64,000 nt of DNA from the human T2T-CHM13v2.0 reference genome, Homo sapiens. Positions within the stretch are counted from its first letter, which is position 1, and the number at the start of each line of letters is the position of its first letter. The stretch lies in the NCBI RefSeq assembly GCF_009914755.1, contig NC_060926.1; one strand, given 5' to 3'. A program made the position numbers and the translations under genes. The notes under the pieces were generated by a model. That model did no database searches and was not told the origin of the DNA. It saw only the letters and a list, made by a program, of their open reading frames with translations. This document shows, one piece after another, positions 1 to 19,548 of this stretch.

Positions 1-927
1 CTTCCTTAAAGAAAAAATAGGGTTTCTGAAACAAACCAGTACTCTGAGCCAAGCATCATCACTCACCCCAAGTGATCCAAGATAGAGAAGCAACATGCCT
101 CACCTCTCCAGAGAAGTCACATTAGGGAGTGGCATGACTAATGTTACCAAAGTAAAATCCGCCAAGGGTCCTTATAGAGTCTGTTGTTTCTACCTGTGTA
201 GTATCCCTCACTCTGCCTTTTGGTAACAGTGTTTTGTTTTCCTTTGAAGAACATGCCCCCAATTCAATAGGCTGGCTATAACAATGAAGGTACCTTCCAT
301 CCCTCACCCCTAACCCTCAACAGGAAATGGACATGTGACCAAGAAATTGACATGTGACCAAGATGAGCCAATCAAACACTCTTTCTATAATTTGCTTCTT
401 AACGGCAAAGACTCAAAGTTGGAAAACAGCTGGAGTTGAGGCATGAATTATTTTAAGGGTAGCATCTTGAAGAGCAGACCCAACCACAATTGCTCTAGGC
501 TTTAGATGCTTAGAGCTTTCCTGCTCTTGCATTTCCGAAACAAGATCTATTATTCTAGCTCTTTAGTACTCCCATCATTCTATGGGTTACTCCATAACTT
601 GTCAATCAATACTAATTTTTTTTTCTTTTTTGGCTTAAGTTAACCAGTGTTAGAGTCTGTTGCTTTCAGAACTAACCCCATATAGTCCCCTGAACTGGGT
701 TAAGAGGCAGGAAAAGGGTAATTGTGATGAGAGAGCGAGCTAATCCTGAAAAAACACAACTCTCTTTTAGGCAGGGTACAACACACCAAAGTTTGATTTA
801 GTCAGGTGAGATTTTTATTTCTGTTTCTCTGCTTGGCTTTGCCTCCCTGAAGAGAAACAGACACTATCTATCTGTTTCTGTCTGTCCTATCACTCTGTCG
901 TTTCCCATAATGCAAAGGACTTTCTAA

Positions 928-1235
<308 letters not shown>

Positions 1236-2588
1236 TCAAACTATTTTTATTGGGTGCAGTTTGTTGGTTCCCTCCCTTCCCCAAAATATATACTCTAGAA
1301 AACCTTAATAGTCATAGTCTTTGCTTATTCTTCAGTTCCAAGCAACAAACATATTATAACTTCTCCTCAAAATTCAGTAGAGATTACTCTCTAGGCAACT
1401 TCATACTCGGGAATAATTCTGCCCTTTTAAAAAGAGAATAATTTTTCCCAGGGAGGAAAAAAAAACACATACGCTGGGCTGGAAGAGGAGTAGAGCACGG
1501 TAAGATGTTTTTCTTCAAGAAAGTTTGGCTCTTTCAGCCCTTCCATGAAGGGATTCTAACCCTGTTGCGTGTCCAACACCTTTTTGTATAGCTATTATGA
1601 CCTTTATCTGCTGGATATTAATCATCTTCTAATTATTAAGGACAAAAAACATCACTCAAACTAGTTTAAGAAGAAATGTACTGCCTCAAGTAACTGGAAA
1701 CTTCAGACATTATGCTAGCTTTAGACATAACTGGATCCAGGCCCTCCAAAGATAAAATAAAGATTGGTCTCTTTTCATCTCTGAGCTCTGAGTTATGGCA
1801 TTCTCAGGTCCCCACTAGGCCTGAATTGCACCGTCTTTCCTGTTAGTGATCTTAGCAGAAAGAGGATAGCTCCTTCCCAGACAGTTGATCAACAGGCCCA
1901 GGCTTGACTCTCCTTGACCCAAATGGAACCAATTGCTGTGCTCGGAGGGAGAAAATACATCTACCTAGCAGGTTCTAGTCTCATGCACACCCTTGCAGAG
2001 CTCAAGTGAAGAGGAGCTGAGGAGACAGGAAAGGGCTAAGAGTGGGAAAGTTGTCATTTCCAAAGGAAAATCAACTGGAAACACAAAAAGGGGAATGGAT
2101 ACTGGCAGGGCCAGAGAAAACATCCATTGCACTTGGTAATAACAGCTAGCGATGCACTGTTTCAAGCATGGTGTGTGTATCCAAGGAGGACCGCCATCTA
2201 GAATGGACAGAAAGGACCCCACAAGGAATAGTCCTGTTGGGCCAAAGCCCCGCAAAACACACTACAGGAGCTCTCTGCAAGAGGAACGTCAGACTCCCAC
2301 TGCGTCCCTTAAAAATTCAGATAGAAAACTGGTGACCTCACCAACATCTACCCCCAAACCAAACAGACAGAGAGAAATTATTTCACTGAATGTAAAGGGA
2401 CTCTCATCTGAGACCGTCGGCAGAAGCAGAGTTTCTCACAGAGCGATGATCCTAAACACCTGCACTAGAATCCCTAGGGATGCTTACGGAAACTCCAGAT
2501 TCTTGGACCCTATTTGACATCATCTGAATTGATGTTCTTCAGTAGGGGCCCAAGAATCCATGTTTTTAGTATTTGTCGGGCTTTTTAG

Positions 2589-2831
<243 letters not shown>

Positions 2832-3346
2832 TAAAAGGCTCCCAAGCCTTTTATAGGGACTAGGATGAGAAGGGAAGGGACTAAAATGAGACAAATGAGG
2901 AGCTTAGAGTGCAACATATAAAGAGACACTCGCTTTTGGGGCCCACCCTGCAACTGTACAACCCCAAATGTGAGTGCCTCCTTTAATGTTGTTCCATAGG
3001 CCCCTCACTCCCCTCTCACCCTAGTCACCCCTTTTCCAGAGGCTTGGGAATTCTGAGGCACGTCAAATTTATGAACCACTGGCAGGGTTGTTTAGAGTAT
3101 GGTCTTTGGCATAACAGTGCTTCCCTGTGGCTGCTGTCAGGATTGGGTGAAATAACACAGAAAGCCCTTAGTACAATTTCATGGGAAATGGGAAGCACTG
3201 CGTAAACGTTAGCTGCAATTATTGTTAAGTATTCATACTTTAGTCAGATCCGACCCCATCACCTTCCATTGCCAACTGTGACCATCTGAAAGGATTCAAC
3301 TCAACAAGTATTTATTATCAACTGTGTAAGCATGGCACTGAGCTCA

Positions 3347-3700
<354 letters not shown>

Positions 3701-4580
3701 CAGTACTCATCCTCAGAGTACTATCCAGAGCCAAAAATAGAAAATTATGGAACTCAAATGTTCTGTATTCATCTATGCCTCGAGTCACCCATCCTTCAGT
3801 TCCTACCATGTGCTCTTCCCTACCTCACCCCCATATTTCCCATGATTAACTATGCTGCAATCTCTAAGTAGATTCTTATAGCTAACTATGTTGTCATCTC
3901 TAGTCTCCCATAGTTAATTATACTGCTACGTCTAACAATATTCCCACTTTAATTATATCTCCATCTCTAACTATACTCCTATATTGAACTCTGTTGTCAC
4001 AGCTAATTCTCCTGCCATAACAAACACTTTCCAGATGCCCAGAACAGTCTCAATTCTCAGCCCCAGAGATGAGATTTGGAATTCAACCTCTTCCTACCTC
4101 CGGAAGACAAGCCCCCTACTATTCCAAGTTTTCTGTGTTCTCCAAAGTCTCTCCATATTATACCTAACCAAAATTAAACATAAGCCTAGACCCAGCTATC
4201 ATCGGTGTGCTTCCTAATTCAATTAAACTCTAAGAAGCAGAAGCAGAGTTTCTAAGAAGCATTTATTAAGCACTTGCTATATGCAAGGTGACTCGAAGTT
4301 GCAAAATAGGAGAAAATATGCATCAAAAACTGTAGTAGGAGAAAACCTGAGCATCATTCACATTTGCTATGAAAGGCGACCGGAGGCTTGCCTCAACTTT
4401 AAGCCCAGATCCTACCCATCTGAGTGTTAAAGATAACCGAATTTATGCCTTTAAATTCGTGTTTTTAGTTCACCATTCCTTTATATGGTTTCTTTCTCCA
4501 CAACACTCAAGAGATACATCGACAGGCCAGAACCCTGCAACTCTCCCGGACAAGTTCTACCAAAGTAAAGACAGCAGGTG

Positions 4581-4644
4581 GACCTCCCCGACAAAGGTTA
4601 TATACAAACCTTAGACTTCCCCACAAAGGTTATATACAAACCTT
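4581..4644. repeat. 33-bp tandem duplication
   Basis: gac(c/t)tcccc(g/c)acaaaggttatatacaaacctt at 4581 and 4614. Confidence 0.9.
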
Positions 4645-4658
4645 CCTATAATCCTCTG

Positions 4659-4677
4659 TGCTGCCACCTCCTGGCAT
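4659..4677 (-). promoter_or_regulatory. Candidate CTCF site
   Basis: TGCCAGGAGGTGGCAGCA closely fits the CCASYAGRKGGCRS core. Confidence 0.5.
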
Positions 4678-5044
4678 CCAATTGTAAATTCACTGCAGTC
4701 TCTTTGGAGATGGGGCTAAGGATCTCAAATAGGTTCTAAAGCTTTCTTTTACTCAACAGATGGAAAGCTGCTGTAGCCACAATGCCTGTATGAACCTAGA
4801 GCTTAAAGGGACATAGTAATATTTAAGTGGGAGATTTAAACTAGCTGTAAACTAAACTCTAAACCTGTTAGGGCACTGCTAAATTGAGCAATAAGTAAAT
4901 CCTCTCTTTTCTTGGCTACCATGTGCCAAATAGCTTTGATTATTGTATTACTATTTCATTTCATCTTATTAAGCATTGGTATTTGATTTATTAGCCTGAA
5001 AACCATGGAAAGTGTATAGGCCACTAGATATATTTCTTAAATAA

Positions 5045-5398
<354 letters not shown>

Positions 5399-5685
5399 AG
5401 CCTCTCCAACTGATAAATGCTTAATATTAAATATTTTGCTTGACCAAAGTAGAGGGCCCTTTCAAGTATATGCCATGAGTACCCCTTTGAATCACTTTGT
5501 GGAGCTGAAACTGGATGCCTCTAAGCTCCACTCTCCCTTGCCATGCCGAGCCTTTCAGGGTCTTCTCTCCTTGAGCTCTTTTCAATTTAGAAAGGTCTTG
5601 TCACTTCAGGTAGGGAATTTAAACTGGGCCACCCCTCCCTATCACTCACATCTTTCCTATGTACCCCATAAGAAGACCAGGTGCT

Positions 5686-5891
5686 GGCCAGGCACGGTAG
5701 CTCAGACTTGTAATCCCAGCACTTTGGGAGACTGAGGCAGGCAGATCACCTGAAGTCAGAAGTTCAAGACCAGCCTGGTCAACATGGCAAAATCCCATCT
5801 CAACTAAAAATACAAAAATTAGCCAGGCATAGATCACACCACTGCACTCCAACCTGGGTGACAGAGTGAGACTCAGTCTCAAAAAAAAAAA
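5686..5891 (+). mobile_element. Alu with right-arm deletion
   Basis: ccaggcat|agatcacacc junction. Confidence 0.85.
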
Positions 5892-6009
5892 AGGACGCCC
5901 CGTGCCCTCTCTTTTGTCCCTAAGCCAAATGACTTATCAAAGTACTCCTCAGTCCAAGGGAGAGCAGAACCTGTCCAATTGTTGTTAAACAAATACGGTT
6001 TCTTGCCTA

Positions 6010-6624
<615 letters not shown>

Positions 6625-7469
6625 TCATTAATAAAGGCAAAATCCTTAGCTGCCACCCCACTGATACCCAGAAGAGGTTGATTTAAAGATCTCGACAGGA
6701 CAAAAATTGTAAAACTAAGAAAGAAGACCTCTACTACCCACAGACAGCCCAGTAGCTCAAAAGCAAAGCTTCTCAACTTAGAGGAGGTGCAGACCTTCCT
6801 TCCTTCTAACTGGCAGAAAATCTGGTACTGCCAATTAGCTTCCCAGGAAAGCTAACTCTGAGATGGAATTTAGCATACAGGAGATTTATTATGAGTGTGC
6901 ATAGAACCAACACCTGTGGAAAAGAAGGGCACAAAGGAACTGATTGGGCCTCAGTCAACCCTATGGGGAGTTCTAAAGACAGAATGAAAATTCAGAGCTG
7001 CTCTGAGTCAGTCAGTAAGCGAGAACTGGCCCTTTCTGTCCCCTCCATGACAATCAGTCTTTGGATGAGGCCTACCTGGGAAAGGAACATGGCCTTAGCC
7101 GAGGCAGCCCTCTTCAGCAGAGGCTGTCCCAGAAATGGGCTGACAGCTAGGGCCGTGTCGGGCAACACTTCCAGCAGCTCCTTCCTTCCGGAGGGAGGAT
7201 CTAGAGCCCGTGAATCTCAGCAGCCACTGCTCGGCAATCCCTGCACCGAAATCCATCCGTGTGGGCAGTCACACAAGCTCAGGATTTCCTTCCTCTCAAA
7301 ATGCCAGGAATTCTTTTATCAGATTTCTTTAACATAAGATGAAGTCCTCCAGGCATGAACACTTAAGCCTTCAGCCCTTTGGAGGGAACATTCTAGAAAT
7401 AAGGTTCAGGAAATTGTCCACAAGTAGAAGCAGTCTCACCCACATAAACATGATGAAAACTCTTCCCTA

Positions 7470-7775
7470 GAAGTACTGACATATGCTACAATGTGGATGA
7501 CCCTCAAAAACATTATGATAAGTGAAAAAAGCCAGACACAAAAGGTCACACATTATATGATTCAATATACATTAAATATCCATAGAGAGACATAACTCCA
7601 GCTGATGGCTGCTGGGGACAGGGGTGGGGGACAGAATATGAAGAACAACTGCTTAATGTATATAAAGTTTCTTTCTGGGATGATGAAAACGTTTTGAAAC
7701 TGGACAAAGATGATGATTACACAACATTGTGAATGTGCTGAATGCCACTGGATCATTCATTTTAAAATGGTTACT
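7470..7775 (+). mobile_element. L1M 3' end fragment
   Basis: GTACTGACATATGCTACAATGTGGATGA ... AGCCAGACACAAAAGG signature. Confidence 0.65.
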
Positions 7776-7786
7776 TCCATTGTGTT

Positions 7787-8134
<348 letters not shown>

Positions 8135-8827
8135 TAAAATGGGGTAAAACATACACACACACACACACTCAAACACAAAAAATCTCTTCCCTGGGAACAG
8201 CCCACTTTATGAAAATTAATGCTCTACTGTAAGAACCTTAATTTTTTAATAACTAGGAATTACTAAAATGTTACTCTGTCTTCAGAGTAAACTTACATCA
8301 CATAAGGCAAATCAGGTAAAACTATCTGTACTTAAAATCAAGCATCCTATCCATGTAGTAGGCTCTGGATAGCCAAATTATGTAAATCTGTACTTTAAAC
8401 ATGAGAGATAACTTCTGTCTACATGTAAAGAATATTTTCCTTCAAAAGAAGTTTGAAGTGTTATGATCATATACTCTTTAAAGTTTCTTGAAATAAAAAT
8501 GATGTTTAGAGATTTCAGGGTCTCCAAAATAATTATCCGTTTGCAAAGACACCCTCCAAACAATTCAAAGATACTTGATGAAATCAATCATCTCTTATTG
8601 GTAAAATGTGAACGGTGGTATAGGAATATTTTGCTGTAATACATTTGGTGTTTGGTGACAGAAAGACAAAACAATGGTGTGAATATACTTGTTGGAAGCT
8701 AAAAAATATGTGAATTGAACTATCTTTAAACAGATAATGCTGTGCCACCACCATTTCACCACCATTACCCAGTAGAGTTCGAAGCTCTCTAAGAGAAATT
8801 TAACTTTGAAGTAAGAATAATAGTCTA

Positions 8828-9155
<328 letters not shown>

Positions 9156-9664
9156 CTAGGACCTTGAAAGAAGGAAAGAAACAGAAAGTGTCAGTTTAAA
9201 ATTTGCCTAATATCAAAAATGTCCATTCTGAACAAGAGTCAAGCCAACTCTCCCTTCCCCCACCCTCTGTGATAAAAAGTCATTCACAAGTTGCATTGTT
9301 TTTCTGAAAGCATTCTAAATCTGAAAATGTCGAATAAATTTTCAAAGACACTAAATTTCAAAATACACTTAAAGTCAATTATTTAATAAAACTTGAAATT
9401 TTAATGTTTAATTCTCAACATTATAGTTTTCTGATTTTTCTATGTAAATACAGTTACTTCACAAGGAAAATTTTAGAATTTGAGGCAGGGCATTTTGACT
9501 TCCATACAAGAGTTTGGACTTCTACACTAAAACCAAATAATGCTTCATGTAAATATAATGTAAAACATAGGCTTTAAGTGGAAATAAATGACATGTATAG
9601 TGTGGTATGGTTGCAAACCATTGAAAGAGATGTCTTTCACGAACTTGCTCAAAATACCCAGATA

Positions 9665-9979
9665 GGCCGGGCACGGTGGCTCACGCCTGTAATCCCAGCA
9701 CTTTGGGAGGCTGAGGCAGATGGATCACGAGGTCAGGAGATCGAGATCACGAGGTCAGGAGATCCTGGCTAACACGGTGAAAGCCCGTCACTACTAAAAA
9801 TACAAAAAATTAGCTGGGCGTGGTGGCGGGCACCTGTAGTCCCAGCTACTCGGGAGGCGGAGGCAGGAGAATGTCATGAACCCGGGAGGCGGAGCTTGCA
9901 GTGAGCCGAGATCGCGCCACTGCACTCCAGCCTGGGCAACACAGCAAGACTCCATCTCAAAAAAAAAAAAAAAAAAAAA
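9665..9979 (+). mobile_element. AluY with internal 20-bp duplication
   Basis: Y diagnostics; TSD acccagata. Confidence 0.9.
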
Positions 9980-10628
9980 CCCAGATAATCTGAAAATATA
10001 TACAGATCAATGGAAAAAATTCCATTTGATATTTCTAGGCAGGATTTTAATGTGTGATAGCTGACATAGATTTCCAGTAATTGTGTATTTATTTAATTCC
10101 ATTTTTTCTCACTGTACTCTAGATATTTTCTCAAACATACTTGGATTTTGGGAATTCGAATTTGTATAGTGTTAAGGTAATGCATATTTGAATTTATCTT
10201 GCTGTTTGAGAAATTTGAATTCTACCAATTACAGACAATTCTGTAATTGTCTATAACAACAGTAGGAATTGCACACTTAAAATCATTAAAATGGCAAAAT
10301 TTATGTTATATATATTAGTTACACCACAATAAAGAAAAAGAACATAAAAAGGAAGAAAAAAATAAGGCTTTTTCTCTGAGAGAGAAAAAGAGAGACACAG
10401 TTTTGGTTTTCCCCCCATTGGAATATGGAGTTAAGTGCAGACCACTCAAGATACACAAATTTCTGACCAGAGCACTTACAAGTAGCAATTCCAAAATAAA
10501 TACCAGTACAATAAAAAAGATGTTATATTCATCTTTATTTATTTATTTAAAAGGAAATAAATAATTTCCTGTAAAATAAAAGGATGAAAGCAGCTTGATG
10601 GCAGCAGATGTAAAGAAGGATTGAGGCT

Positions 10629-10912
<284 letters not shown>

Positions 10913-11981
10913 AGGATTGAGGCTGCTGAGTTAGGACGACAAAGGCAAAATGATAAACACAAGGCAGAAGGTGCTTATGCACCTCCCCCTGCCTCCAGGC
11001 TGGCCCTTGGGCTTGAAGAACTAGAAACACAAACTTGTTATCCCTCTTTCCAGAGTTCTCAAAATACAAGGATGCTAAGTCATGCTCACAAACTCGCCAG
11101 AAGCTGAAATACACAGCCTAGACTAACACAAAACTCCCAGCATGGCTGAAAATGCCTAGGGCCAGAATAGTCCAGTATTTCCCTTCAGGCAAAGTTGCAC
11201 AGCAAATCAAAGTTTTAGATTTGTTTTTGACAGGGATTCAGAGGAAAAGGAGATGGTTTAATGAATTTAGCTCTGAGAGTCTCATGCATCATTTTACAAG
11301 AGAGGAATGTGCATGCCAAGCAAACCAAATGTTTGTAGCCTATGGCTGAGTCGTATCTCTTATGGCCTGTGGTCGGTGCACATGCTCATGGTGGTCACAT
11401 GGGCTTCTCATATGCTATCATGGTGGACCAGTCTCCCACTGTGAGCCCCATCTTTGTGTTCACATTCATATTTTCAACCACCTTAAAATTACTGCTTGCT
11501 CTGAAATGACAGGTTAAAAGGTTATAAAGAAGATTTAGGTTTCAAATTTGTTCTAAAATACTTATAAATCAAGGGGGACAGATAGACAAATTTGTAAAAA
11601 TATAGATTATTGGGGGTGATGGGTACTATTACACTATTCTCTTTAGCCTGTGTTTGAGAAATTCCATTAAAAATTTTCAAAATAATCTCTTCATTGTCCT
11701 TGGTGCTGGTCTGTCTCTCTCAGTACAGGGCAGGGGTCGGGGCTCTGAAGCCAAACTCCTTTGGTTCCAATGCCACTTCTGCCATGTGCTGAGATCTTGA
11801 ACAAGTTTCTTGACCTGTTCATGCCAGTTTCCTCAACTGTAAAATGCTGGTAATAATGAAACTACCTCACAGAGTTTTTGTAAGGCTAAAATGAGATAAT
11901 GCATGGAAAGGGCTTAGCAGTGTCAGGCATATAGTAATCACCTAATAAATGCTAGCTATTGTTACCCAAAATATTTTGCAA

Positions 11982-12272
11982 TTTTTTTTTTTGAGACGGG
12001 GTCTCGCCCTGTCACCCAAGCTGGAGTGTAGTGGCACAATCTCAGCTCACTGCAACCTCCGCCCCCAGGTTCAAGCGATTCTTGTGCCTCAGCCTGCTAA
12101 GTAGCTGGGATTATTAGCATGCACCACCACAACTGGCTAATTTTTGTATTTCTTTCTTTCTTTTTTTTTTTTTAGTAGAGAGAAGGTTTCACCATGTTGG
12201 CCAGGCTGGTCTTGAACTCTTGACCTCAGGTGATCTGCCTGCCTTGGCCTTCCAAAGTGCTAGGATTACAGA
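11982..12272 (-). mobile_element. Alu
   Basis: Consensus dimer, 5' truncated. Confidence 0.88.
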
Positions 12273-12355
12273 TGTTTTGATTCCATAGTTTAATTAATTC
12301 TGTGGGCAATTTATTTCGGCATTCCAATTTGAACACACAAGCCCACTATGAGGCC

Positions 12356-12359
<4 letters not shown>

Positions 12360-12431
<72 letters not shown>

Positions 12432-12450
12432 CCCTGCTCTCTCTCTCTCA
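12360..12450. repeat. (CT)n(CA)n compound microsatellite
   Basis: Directly visible. Confidence 0.95.
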
Positions 12451-12555
12451 TTTGCTTGCTCATCAAAACATCTGCTCTGTATCTCACTGAAATATCTGTC
12501 TTCTGTTTCATTCCTCCAAGTAAAATGGTAACAACGCGTTAGAAAGAGTTGCATA

Positions 12556-13194
<639 letters not shown>

Positions 13195-14188
13195 CTAATG
13201 TCCATACCAGCCTACCTCCACTTCACAATCAATCCCATTGAAACTAATCCAGATTCAATGTCTCACAGCTAAATCTCGCAGCAAGTCTTACCTACCTGAG
13301 GACTTTATCTTCCTCCTCATCTTTTACTATAAACTCTAATTGAACCTCTCTACTTCTCCGTATTTTTGTATTTCTTAAATCATCAAGGATTTTTAAAAGG
13401 CTTCAGTAAAACCAGAAATAGGCTGTTCCTCTCTTCTTGGTTCATCTGAGAACAGGAAGCCAGACATCTAACAAAATAGCCTTTGATAGACAGCTTTTCA
13501 TGCAGAAGGTAAAATTACAGGGTAAGAAATTCTAACTTACATCTACTGTGAATCACTTACAGAAATGACTCTTTTTCTTCAAATCCTTGCTATTTAAGTC
13601 CATGATAATCATTTGCATTTGAAAAAGCTGACTCTGTTGAGTCATACTTAGAACTACAAACTCTGACTAAACTTGTAACTCAGTCCAGAGAAATGAAAAC
13701 AAAAGCCAAATGGTCCAAAATATGCAAGAGAAACAAGGAATATTGTTTTTACTTTGCTGATTTGTTTGAGTTTTTTTCCAAATTTACCAACTGGATATAA
13801 TTTCCCCACTCAAAGCATATGAACTCAGGTACAACAATGCTATAGAATAATTGGATGACATTGTCCATTTCTTGCAACCCTCCGTTGACCCAGTTGGCTT
13901 ATGCTAGAGCTGACTAACTGGTAATGCTAACCCAGCATGGGAGGCTGACCAGGGGTACAGGGGTCTTCCTAGGGCCTGCAGAGCAGAATCCAGGTCAGAA
14001 GGCAATAGCTTTACACCATCAAACATATATTCTATTTGGGACCTGGTCTTCCACTCTCTCTGCCACACTCATGAACCACCATAAACTACAGGAGGCTCAG
14101 TGCAAACTCCCTCCTGTTTCTCCCCAGTAAATTTTATATGTAGTCAGCTCACTCTTCCCCATGTTACCCCCATCCAAATAATTCATTT

Positions 14189-14429
14189 TGGGCTCAATAA
14201 TTGCTAGTTTTGATGTAGCATACCTTTCTTGAATACGGTTTAGAATCTTCCTGCTGGTTGGTCTTATTTCAATAGATGCCTTCTTTGCTGAAATGAAATC
14301 CTTGTAAACAAGGAGTGCAGAAGAAATACCAAAGCAAAAAACTAAAGCTCAAGTTGAAGCTTTGCAACCAGGTCTTGAATCCTAAGAAGGCACTGCTCAG
14401 ACGGGCTGGTGTTCCACAACCAACCACAA
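14189..14429. repeat. Copy 1 of a 241-bp direct duplication
   Basis: Ungapped high-identity match to 15362-15602. Confidence 0.93.
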
Positions 14430-15361
14430 TTATTTGAATACAAATAATTCATTCATAATTCATGAGGCCATTTTCATTTTACACATTTTAAACCTTTACA
14501 CCTTTTAGTTGGGGAACTTCTAAACTTACCCAAGATTGAGAGACTAGTAGAATTAACCATATAATGTATAATATAGCTGCAGACAGATAATGTATAATGT
14601 ATCTGCCACCCAGCTTAGACAATTATTACCATGTTGCCAATCTCATTTCACCAACCCCCCTTCCTCCATTTTTTTAAGTTGGAATATTTTAAAGTAAATC
14701 CTAGAAATCAACATTTCTTAAATAAAAAATAATAACAACTGCCATGCCATTATCACGTTGAATAAAATGACCAGTAATTTTGCATACAAATTCCTCCGCT
14801 GTCTCAATGCCTTCACAAGAGCGAGTAAGTGGTAGAAGCTGGGATTCGAACCCAAGCAGTTGGACTCCAGTGCACTCTAAAATCTGTACTTCATGGAAAG
14901 AGAGAATCCAACAAGAGCCCTGAAGGAACTGGCAGAAAAGGGCAAAATAAGCAGAGAGAAACAGGATGCCAGGAAGCAGCAAGCAGAAAGGTCAGTAACC
15001 TCAGCAAAGGGTGGCCTCAGTCAAGAAGGGGATTTCAAGATATTTCCTATTGCGGAACTGAAGACCTCAAGGAGAACAAGTCTGAAGGCTGCAGACAAGA
15101 ACAGGTGGTGGGCCTACCTATCTTGGAGTGGGGAGGAGACCTCTGTAAGGCAATGTGAATGCTGATGGCATCAGGACTTGGCAAATCTTAAGACTCTGAC
15201 TCCCACCAGGCAGAACGCAGGACTGCCTCTCACTAGACTGAGCCACGGCTGCTTGAAAGCTGAAACTAACCCACAGAGGGCCTTGGTTACCATACAAATC
15301 AGAAATAGTGTTGTCCAGGATAAGATCCAAAATAGCCTAGAGATTTGGCTGTCTTAAAACA

Positions 15362-15602
15362 TGGGCTCAGTAATCGCTAGTTTTGACGTAGCATACCTTT
15401 CCTGAATATGGTTTAGAATCTTCCCGCTGGTTGATCTTATTTCAATAGATGGCTCCTTTGCTGAAATGAAATCCTTGTAAACAAGGAGTGCAGAAGAAAT
15501 ACCAAAGGAAGAAACTAAAGCTCAAGTTGAAGCTTTGCAAGCAGGTCTTGCATCCTAAGAAGCCACTGCCCAGACAGGCTGGTGTTCCAAAACTAACCAC
15601 AA
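15362..15602. repeat. Copy 2 of a 241-bp direct duplication
   Basis: Ungapped high-identity match to 14189-14429. Confidence 0.93.
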
Positions 15603-15689
15603 GGTGGCACTGCTTTGAGCCAAGCCCCAGGTCATGTTAAAAAATGAATGAGATCAATGGTGAAGTTTTACAGTTGCAGAATAGCCAAA

Positions 15690-18270
<2,581 letters not shown>

Positions 18271-19237
18271 CCACAAAGCATAAGATTAGTGTGGGGGAGG
18301 TATAATGTTCACAAGGGTCATCTTTATCAACAAACTCTTTTTACATAAATATAGAATTTTCATTTTGTTTCCTGTCTTTCAGTTATATGCCGTGGACATC
18401 ATGGCCTTATCCTTTATAGCACTCGTGTTCTCTCTCTTTCTCTCAATCTCTCCCTACTGTAAGCTCAGTAAGGACAAGATACATGTGTATTTTTTCACCA
18501 TTGCATGTCTGACTCCTAGCATAATGCTAAATACATAGTAGGTGCTCCAAATTATTAAGCCTATTCAAGAACAGTCACTCTACAACAAAATTTACTAAGC
18601 GTAGTTGCAAAAGTACATTATTGACAGGATACTATTATGATGTACATAAGAGTCCTGGATAATAAATTCATAATTCTAAAAATATAGATAATGACCAGCT
18701 GTCCAGTGATAGTCTAAGAAGAAGCTCTAATAAGCAGTTGTACCTAAGTTTAGTGCTACATAGGCAGGTTCTGTCCCTTAAGCAGAAATAACTGGCAACG
18801 CTATGGAGATTTAAGGAGTCGATGGCAGTCATTAACACAGGTCATGTGAAAGCAAGCCCTGCCTTTTCCATCTTCTCCACCAACCTGTATTAGGGCCACT
18901 TTTCCCTCTAACATGGTTTGTAATTCTCAGTTGTTATGATATTATCAGTTCCAGAAGGCCACTGTTAAAGGGCTATCTGGGAGGAAAATGAAGCTTTCTG
19001 ATCTTCCCACATTATTAGTATGAGCACAAAATTGAAGGACACACTCACTCTCAGGGGCAATTCTGCACTGGCACAAACCTGACAATGGAGAATAGCTCCT
19101 TAAATGCTGCACCCTGGGCACCTCATTAGCCTCTCCCTCGTGCTAGCCCTGCTTGGGAGCATGAGAAAGCTGCAGATTCTGGGTCCCAAACCCCAGAGCT
19201 TGGTAACTCACACACTTTAAAATGAGGGTAAATGACA

Positions 19238-19548
19238 GGCCGGGCGTGGTGGCTCTCACCTGTAATCCCAGCAATTTGGGAGGCCAAAGCGGGCAGATCA
19301 CTTAAGGTCAGGAGATCAAGACCAGCCTGGCCAATATGGTGAAACACCATCTCTACTAAAAATACAAAAATTGGCCGGGCGTGGTGGTGCACACCTGTCA
19401 TCCCAGCTACGCAGGAGGCTGAAGCAGCAGAATCACTTGAACCCAGGAGGTGGAGGTTGTGGTGAGCCGAGATTATGCTACTGCACTCCAGCCTGGGTGA
19501 CAGAGTGAGACTCCATCTTAAAAATAAATAAATAAATAAATAAATAAA
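19238..19548 (+). mobile_element. Alu (S) with (TAAA)n tail
   Basis: Consensus dimer. Confidence 0.9.

Noticed and set aside
324-361. 19-bp tandem duplication gaaat(g/t)gacatgtgaccaa
   Set aside because: Ordinary slippage within a probable MaLR LTR remnant.
2152-2517. 121-aa ORF with a paralogous peptide at 26075-26263
   Set aside because: The similarity reflects a DNA duplication. The other copy is interrupted by an Alu and a stop, and the ORF runs into a MITE.
6891-7337. 148-aa ORF
   Set aside because: Lies in old LTR-like sequence with no domain or splice support.
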